DNA from: Octopus vulgaris
Taxonomy: Eukaryota
DNA: 64,000 nt
Assembly (NCBI GenBank): GCA_951406725.2
Contig: OX597820.1
Coordinates: 108,376,001 to 108,440,000, forward strand
Direction of reading: 5' to 3'
The translations under genes were made by a program, and so were the position numbers. Positions 57,071 to 64,000 of the stretch are shown in pieces (the stretch's first letter is position 1; each line of letters opens with the position of its first letter). The notes beneath the pieces are model-generated. The model was not told where the DNA came from. It saw only the letters and a list, made by a program, of their open reading frames with translations, and searched no databases.

Positions 57071-57221
57071 TTCTACTGCCTTCCTCCTTCTTTAGTAAAC
57101 TCTTCACCAACATTCACAAGATTTGTACCTTTCTGGTGTTTATTTGTTTGAGTCCCTGTCACCACTTCTCAGTTAAATTTGAAATCCTTCATTTATTTTT
57201 AAAGAACTGTTTCACTTGCAG

Positions 57222-57349
57222 GCAAAATGGAACTTGTTGACCGATTAAACAATGATAGTGTATTGATGGCACAAAAACCTGCTGCTGAAGGTGTTGCTGA
57301 CATGAAACTGTTACTGAAGTACTGTGACATTTATGGTTGTCTAGACAAG
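57222..57349 (+). CDS. HARS: HARS exon (KMELVDRLNNDSVLMAQKPAAEGVADMKLLLKYCDIYGCLDK)
   Basis: TTGCAG acceptor, AAG|GTAAGT donor, 128 nt restores phase 0. Confidence 0.93.
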
Positions 57350-60183
57350 GTAAGTTGCAAGCTCCACACCTGATGCATCCACATATATTGTTTCAGTTGT
57401 GTTGGATAACTATGCCTACAGAAGCTGGTGCTTGGTCTCAGTTTCATAGTATTATGAGAGATGCATTTCATCTTTGCAAAGTGGCCAATCTGAGGCTAAC
57501 AATGTCCTCAGAGTATCTAACTTATCTTTGGGAGATGAGAAATGTTAGATTGAATTACAGAATGCAGGAAAAGCACATACATTGAAACGCATGACTTGTA
57601 GTCCATTTAGATGATTTGCTAAAGTAAATATGGTTCTAATTAACAGCAATGATCCAACGTGACACTTATGTGTGTTACCCAGAGAACTAGGTCCCTTCCT
57701 TGAGCCACTTCCTATTGATATCCAGTCCCCATTCTTAATGTTGCCCCTCCCCCACCTCTTAACACCCTATCACACATTTCTCCACCACTTTCCTATCTGC
57801 TGTATAATTCTGCTGCTTGAAATGAAAGCAGGACCTATTACTATATACCATACCATATTACCATCTCTGTACTGCCAGTCACCACTTCCTCTTCTCTGAG
57901 CTATATCCAGTTGGCATCCATCCGCATTCTAATAATTGTCCAAACCCACCATTCATATTTCTCACCCCACACCTGTTCATGTTTTACTGTATTCATCCCT
58001 CTATATATAAATGACCACCTCCACTCCTATGTCTATATCTACCTCTTATTCTCTTCCCATAGTTTTACAACCTTATCTACTCTCCCTGATTCTTTTGTGT
58101 CCACCCTCTCTTCCATTCGTCGTCTTGGATATATTATCATCAGAGCATGTTCTGTCACCATTGTATTTATCTCTCTTTCAGGCAGCTCTCCAGCCTCACC
58201 CCAACCCCACATACACCTATGTAAAATGCAAGTAACCATGAGTCTCCTCTCCCAAGAATAAACTCATTCATGCTGGCTCTCTCTAGAATCTTTGTTAATT
58301 GTACCTGAATATGAAATAGATGGAAAAAGAATGTAGAAGTGTGTATAGAGCACTGACAGAAAGATATATGTATGTTGGCTTTTATAAAAATTTATTCATT
58401 CATATTGAGTCTACTTGGTCACAGTGGGGTCTAAATAGAGCCACTGTATGTAGACTACTTTTTAATATGGGCCCTAATGCAGTTTTAACTAAATTAGAGA
58501 AAGATTCATTTATTACATATTCCATTGAGCACAGCAGAGAACTGTAGTATCTGTCCCATAGTTCTTAGCATACCAAGCAAGCTGTTCTAACAAGAGGTGA
58601 GGTTAGGGGAACGGATAGTCTGACATCTTATGTACTTGACTCTGTGTAACCCTAAGATAACAAGGCTGAGAAATAGTACCATAGACAACTGATAGTGTGC
58701 TAGATAACCCTGTAAGGGATTAGAATTTCATTTCTAGTTATCAGCATTGTTTTTCTGAGAGGTGAACAGCTTGCAGTCATGTTTTCAACTGCATAAGTAT
58801 GCCACTTTCTAGCCCAGTTAACTAACGGTCTGTTAAACTATAGTCCTATTAAGCTAATAACCAATTATACTCTAATAAGCCATCCTAGTTCATCATCATT
58901 ATCATTTAACATCCGTTGTCCATGCTGGCATGGGTTGAACAGTTTGGCTAGGGCTGGTAAGCTGAGGGGCTGCACCAGAGTCTAGTCTGATTTGGCATGA
59001 TTTCTATGGCTTGATGCCCTTCCTAATGCCAACCACTCTGAGAGTGTAACGGGTGCTTTTATGTGCCACTGGCATAGGTATCAGTTTGCATGACACCAAT
59101 ATCAGCTGTGACTATGATTTCATTTGGCTTGATGGGTTTTCTTCTCAAGCACATCATTTGTCATTGCTTCCATGAGGCCCAGTGTTCAGAAGGTACTTTT
59201 TATGTACCACCAGCGTGGGTGCTAGTTACACAATATCAGCATTGACCACATTGGCTCCTCTTGTTGTTATTTAGCTCCAAGCCAGTCATAATTGAGCTGA
59301 TATTCCAACCATGATCATTACATCTGTTTTACAGCATTGTATACCCCAGAGTACATTATCCATTGTGTCCAAGATGGAACATCTGATTTGAGAGAGCTTT
59401 GGCTGCTATTTCTTGTAGGTTGGGTAACTATGTAGAAGTTGTCTCTTTGGCTCTTCAGTAAACTAAACCAGTCTAACAGAAATACATGATGCAAGAAGGG
59501 ATATAAGAAGAGGTATGAAAGGAGGTGCTAGAAGTCCTAGATTGTGTATGCTTTAAGGTAATTTGATGGCAGATGAACTTAATGCGTGTACAAACAAACT
59601 ATCATTATAACAAATTTAAATCTACTTTATACAACAAATTTATACAATCTTACATATATTTTATATACTTTGTATAAAGTATTCACTCTGTAAATAATCA
59701 GTAAATGTGACATGCTAATATTATATCATATGCTATTATATCAGATATACTTATATTATGTCAAAAACACTTATATTATATCAAGCACAGTTGAATTAGT
59801 AGCCATTATCATATACCCAAGCCTATTCCCCATTTTTTTGGGAGTGGGTAGCCACAACAAGACACATACCAGGCATTCCATCCATTTCCCAGCTGAAAGA
59901 GGTGAGCCCCGTCCTATGCTTGGATCAAGGCATAGAAATGCAACAAAAATTAGTAGTGCCTGACCAAATTCCTTACAATGTTTAGTTAGAGTGGTTCTGT
60001 TCTGAGATCAAATTCCATTGGGTTTTCACTCTGTTTTTCAGTCCTCAAGGGTCATTTAGCAGATATAGATACCAGTCATATATTGGGATTACTTCTTTTT
60101 ACAATCTTGTGACTTCTCTAAATATCAGAAATGAATAAGTATTGCAACTTTATCAAGTCTAAATATTTCCTTTCTGTCTTCAG

Positions 60184-60256
60184 GTATCTTTTGATCTGAG
60201 CCTCGCAAGAGGACTAGATTATTACACTGGATTGATATATGAAGGTATTCTCAAAG
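60184..60256 (+). CDS. HARS: HARS exon: HisA loop ([25 protein letters not shown])
   Basis: CTTCAG acceptor, AAG|GTAAGA donor, 73 nt, RGLDYYTG HisRS hallmark. Confidence 0.97.
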
Positions 60257-61334
60257 GTAAGAGTGTTCTAAGGTAAATGGACGTTTATACAAGAAGGGAA
60301 CAAATAATGAACTGAAGATCATTATTAGCTTTTAGTTGGTTTTGTATGCACACACTCTTATATAAATGCACATATACATACGCATGTCTTGAATGCACTC
60401 ATATACCTACACACACTGCATGGTCAACAAGTTTGCTTTGCAATCATATGATCCTGGGTTTCATCACACTCTATGGCATCTGAGTCAAGTGTTGGTTACC
60501 TTTGCTTCAGGTTGCCTTGAACCTTGTGTTTGAAATTAGGGTAAATGGAAACTGTGGGTATAGGTCATGTGATCAAACAGCTGAAAGTTTGTCATTGAAA
60601 CCATCAGAGACCCATTTACTTACTTTTCTGTATATACCTGCAAAAGCTCCTATTTCCAGTATTCCAATCATCAGTTGGCAAATCAAGCCTTTGAAATATT
60701 CACTGTCTGGATACTTTTTGGAATATGAAATGAAAGTTTGAAGAAAATACTTGTCCTTATGTTCTTCTGTTTAAAACCTTTGTGAATGACGTGTGCAAAA
60801 ACCGCTGCTTCAAGCTCACACTTTTTAAAATTTCATTTCTGATTGACTTGGTAGCATTATTATAAATGTCTTAAACTCCATACAAGTGTCATCATGAAAA
60901 TGCATTGATTTTAAATAATACATTAATATGATTGCCCTGTGCAGGTGCATACATATACACATGTACACTCATACACACACACAGAATTATTTATTCATGT
61001 ATGTATTCACATATGCATATATACATAAACACACACATATCAAAACATATATTAAGAAAACTTATTAAACATTTCAGAACCAACATTTTTTTTCCAAACC
61101 AGAATGAAATTCAAGGAGGCTTGTATATGCATACAAGATACTTAGTTGCATGCATAAAAGGCATTAACAATTCATTTCTTTCATTCAAACTATTGCTCCC
61201 TTGAGTCAAAATTCTCAATTTTTTGCTCAAACAAAAGTCACACTGAATCTTTGATTTGAAGCTTCCATTCTTGTGTGGTTGTGCACTATTGACGGTAGAC
61301 CAGGTAATTTTGAATTTGTGAGGATATGTGCATA

Positions 61335-61860
61335 CAAAGGTCAGCTGAAGAGTTCATAGGCTGACTAAGATACTCTCATGGAACGTGACCAAATGATGTG
61401 ATCAGCCTGATGCACTTTTGATCAGGTGTCAGAAGACTTTATCATAAAACCTTCATCATGCCAAGTTCATTGTGCAGAACATTCTCTACTGTCTCACAGG
61501 ATATGCAAATAGCATTAGTAATTTGATTTATAATCAGCCACCTGTCATCTATCACCATATAGTTAACGCAATCAATGTTTTCCTTGGTGGTGGAAGTTGC
61601 AGGATGTCCAGCATTTGAGCTGTCTTCAAAACTCTCTCTTCCTCTCCTAAATTCAGCTGCCCACTTTTGCAGTGCATCATCCCCTAATGTAGCAACCATG
61701 TCAGCATGAATGTTCTTGGGGGCTAAGCCCTTTTTCTGCTGATGCCAAATTTTGTCAGTTTTCAAGAGAAGTCACTACTAGTTACCAGTTATTAATAAAA
61801 TGAGTTCAAAATTAATGCATGCAAGATTTCACAGTTCTAGCATCACTCTTCCATAGGCAG
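61335..61860 (-). mobile_element. mariner transposase N-terminal fragment
   Basis: IHADMVATLGDDA...KWAAEFRRGRES.ED...LHNELGM.KV. Confidence 0.8.
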
Positions 61861-62727
61861 CTTAAGTGTATGTGTCTGCACAGATGCACATAAAATGAAT
61901 ACTCACATATACACTGATTGTTTTTTATAAACATTAATTAATTATATGTAAGTGCAGATGTGTGTTTGTATATACATGTGTGTGTGTGTGTGTGTGTGTA
62001 TGCATGTATATATGTGGTAAATGGGTATATAAGTATATGTGTATATGTGTGTGTTTGTGTGTGTGTATATATATATATATATTTGTGTGTATGTAAACAT
62101 GATATATACTTATGAGTATGTGTGTGCATGTGCAATTGCATCTATTAAAGGTAATAAAATATATGTATGTGTGTGCTGCTGTAGGATAAATGGCAATAAC
62201 CATACCTTTTATCTGGTGTTTCTTTTATTTTATTCTCATTTTTCCTCTAATGTAATTGTCTTCCTTGATTCTCCAGATAGGGCCATAAACTAATTAAGAT
62301 AGCGATTTGAGAAATTTGATAAGTTTTGAACCATGGCTCTTACAAGCAGCCTTTTGAAATTCTGCAAGTCTTGGTAGCTTCACTATGTAACATCATGAGC
62401 TGGCTAACTTAAATTTTCCATCTTACCACTCTGTTTAAAATCACCTGAAGATGGCAGATTTTTGTCATGATGTAATCTAAGAATTCATCTGTAAAGGATG
62501 CTGAAACAGCTTTTAATTTTAAATCCCATTTGTGTTATATATATATATATTTATTTATTGTGGAGTGCCTAACTAACTTGAAACAAGCAAGCACAGTTTT
62601 ATGATTTGTGGTGCCTTGATAATAAAATGAGCTGATTCATTGCTATTAAAAACATGGCTTGTTTTTTTTCATTTTAAGTACATATAATGATTACACTTGT
62701 AGTATCGTTTTCCTTCATACTTTCTAG

Positions 62728-62909
62728 GTTACACCTATAAATCAGATTCTGGAGATTCAACAGAATCCGTTGCTGTTGGCAGCGTTGCTGGTGGAGGACG
62801 TTATGATGGTCTTGTTGGAATGTTTGACCCAAAAGGCAAAGAAGTACCTTGTGTTGGTGTCAGTATTGGAATAGAACGCATCTTCGCCATTATGGAAGCT
62901 AAAGTTTTG
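62728..62909 (+). CDS. HARS: HARS exon: HisB loop and motif 3 (YTYKSDSG...[13 protein letters not shown]...[18 protein letters not shown]); gene continues beyond the window
   Basis: TTTCTAG acceptor, TTG|GTAAGG donor, 182 nt, GGRYD and GIERI motifs. Confidence 0.97.
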
Positions 62910-64000
62910 GTAAGGTTTAGAGACATAGCAGAATGTTTTACTTAAAATAATTTCAATTTCAACAGTAAATAGCCCCTTTTTCAACAGTATTTATTATCTT
63001 GCTGTCAGACTACTAAGTATGTAACACATATTCAATTATTGGTTGTAGCTATTTCACTTATTAATGCTTTGGGAAAGGCATCAATGTTATAAAATCACAT
63101 TTCTGTTTACCTCAATCAATAAACTTATTCGCATTTTAATTGGTATTTTCGTCCCATAAAAGTTAAACAATTTACTTTATTGTCAATTAGCACCTGGTTA
63201 GCTCTGTTCAAACCAGCCTAAATCACAAAGCATTCCACTCATGACCACTCTACCACTCTACCAAATATAGTATATGTACAATTACATTATCCAATGTGTA
63301 CCACTTTTTTTAAAGATGATTTTTAGGGAAATTTGGCTGCTATTTCTAGCATGTTGAGTGACTTTGTAAAGCACCTTCATCAATTATGTCATCATTAGTA
63401 TTGGTATTGTTATTTAGCATTTCAGCTAGACCATCTTGTCTTGTTTTGCAGTATATCTAGGACTACATTAATTAATGCGTCCTTCTGTTTATGATAGTAA
63501 AATATTATTTAAGAAAGATTTTACTAAATCCCTACATAAATGTTCCTCTCTTACTCTTAAAATTGACTCAAGCACTTAAAACAATTAAGTGAATGCATGA
63601 TACATGTTAACCAAGTCATACTTGCTTGTGAGAGATGGCTGTGGGTTTTTATTATTTTGATTAATCTGTCTTGCATCAATAAAACACAAATGAACATAAC
63701 TTTTGTAGATGTAAAATGGTTTGGAATATAAGGTATTGGACTATCAACTCAAAGACTGACAGTCAATATGTACCAAAGGTGTTGTTGAACACTTAAAACT
63801 GGACACATTGCTTTTGATAAGATGTAGACCCAAGTATCTTTGCTTCACTAATTCATCTACTATCAAATACATTGAGGTACACACACCCTGGCACCCCTTC
63901 TTATATCATTAGTTTCTGTAATTTAGCCTTGCACTTTTTCTTAGAGTCTGTGACACAACCTGCTACCCTTTCTTGCATCACTGGTTTCTGTAATACTTGT

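Noticed and set aside
60184-60192. GTATCTTTT resembling a U12 donor
   Set aside because: It is coding sequence (V-S-F) at the start of an exon and is needed for the reading frame.
62441-62510. CTGAAGA ... GAAACAGCT hammerhead
   Set aside because: Cleavage triplet and 3' strand of stem I are decayed; treated only as a relic. The half-motif near 20701-20720 and the edge motif at 1-35 are likewise incomplete.

Overview
AT-rich, repeat-dense animal genomic DNA with one 100-N scaffold gap (31607-31706). The SINE, RTE-tail and (TA)n repeat landscape suggests an octopus or other coleoid genome (inference). The only host gene found is a spliced histidyl-tRNA synthetase (HARS) on the + strand. Ten in-frame exons at 35763-62909 give 1116 nt (372 codons), running from the second WHEP helix through class II motif 3; the C-terminal exons lie beyond the window. 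A candidate alternative 5' exon at 24462-24569 encodes a mitochondrial-presequence-like peptide. The gene has a U12-type intron (46745-47181) and a GC-AG intron (53934-56283). The rest is decayed mobile DNA: Penelope-like elements (Neptune- and Naiad-like), CR1-group and RTE LINEs, tRNA-derived SINEs, Tc1/mariner, piggyBac, Helitron-like elements, a Gypsy remnant and solo LTRs. The main unannotated signal is a set of type I hammerhead ribozyme motifs from several unrelated sequence families, including U3-A8 and extra-A core variants. They sit in non-coding units next to (TA)n tracts, often with inverted or partial tandem copies, alongside several long hairpin elements. Nearly all ORFs in the supplied track are microsatellite artefacts.
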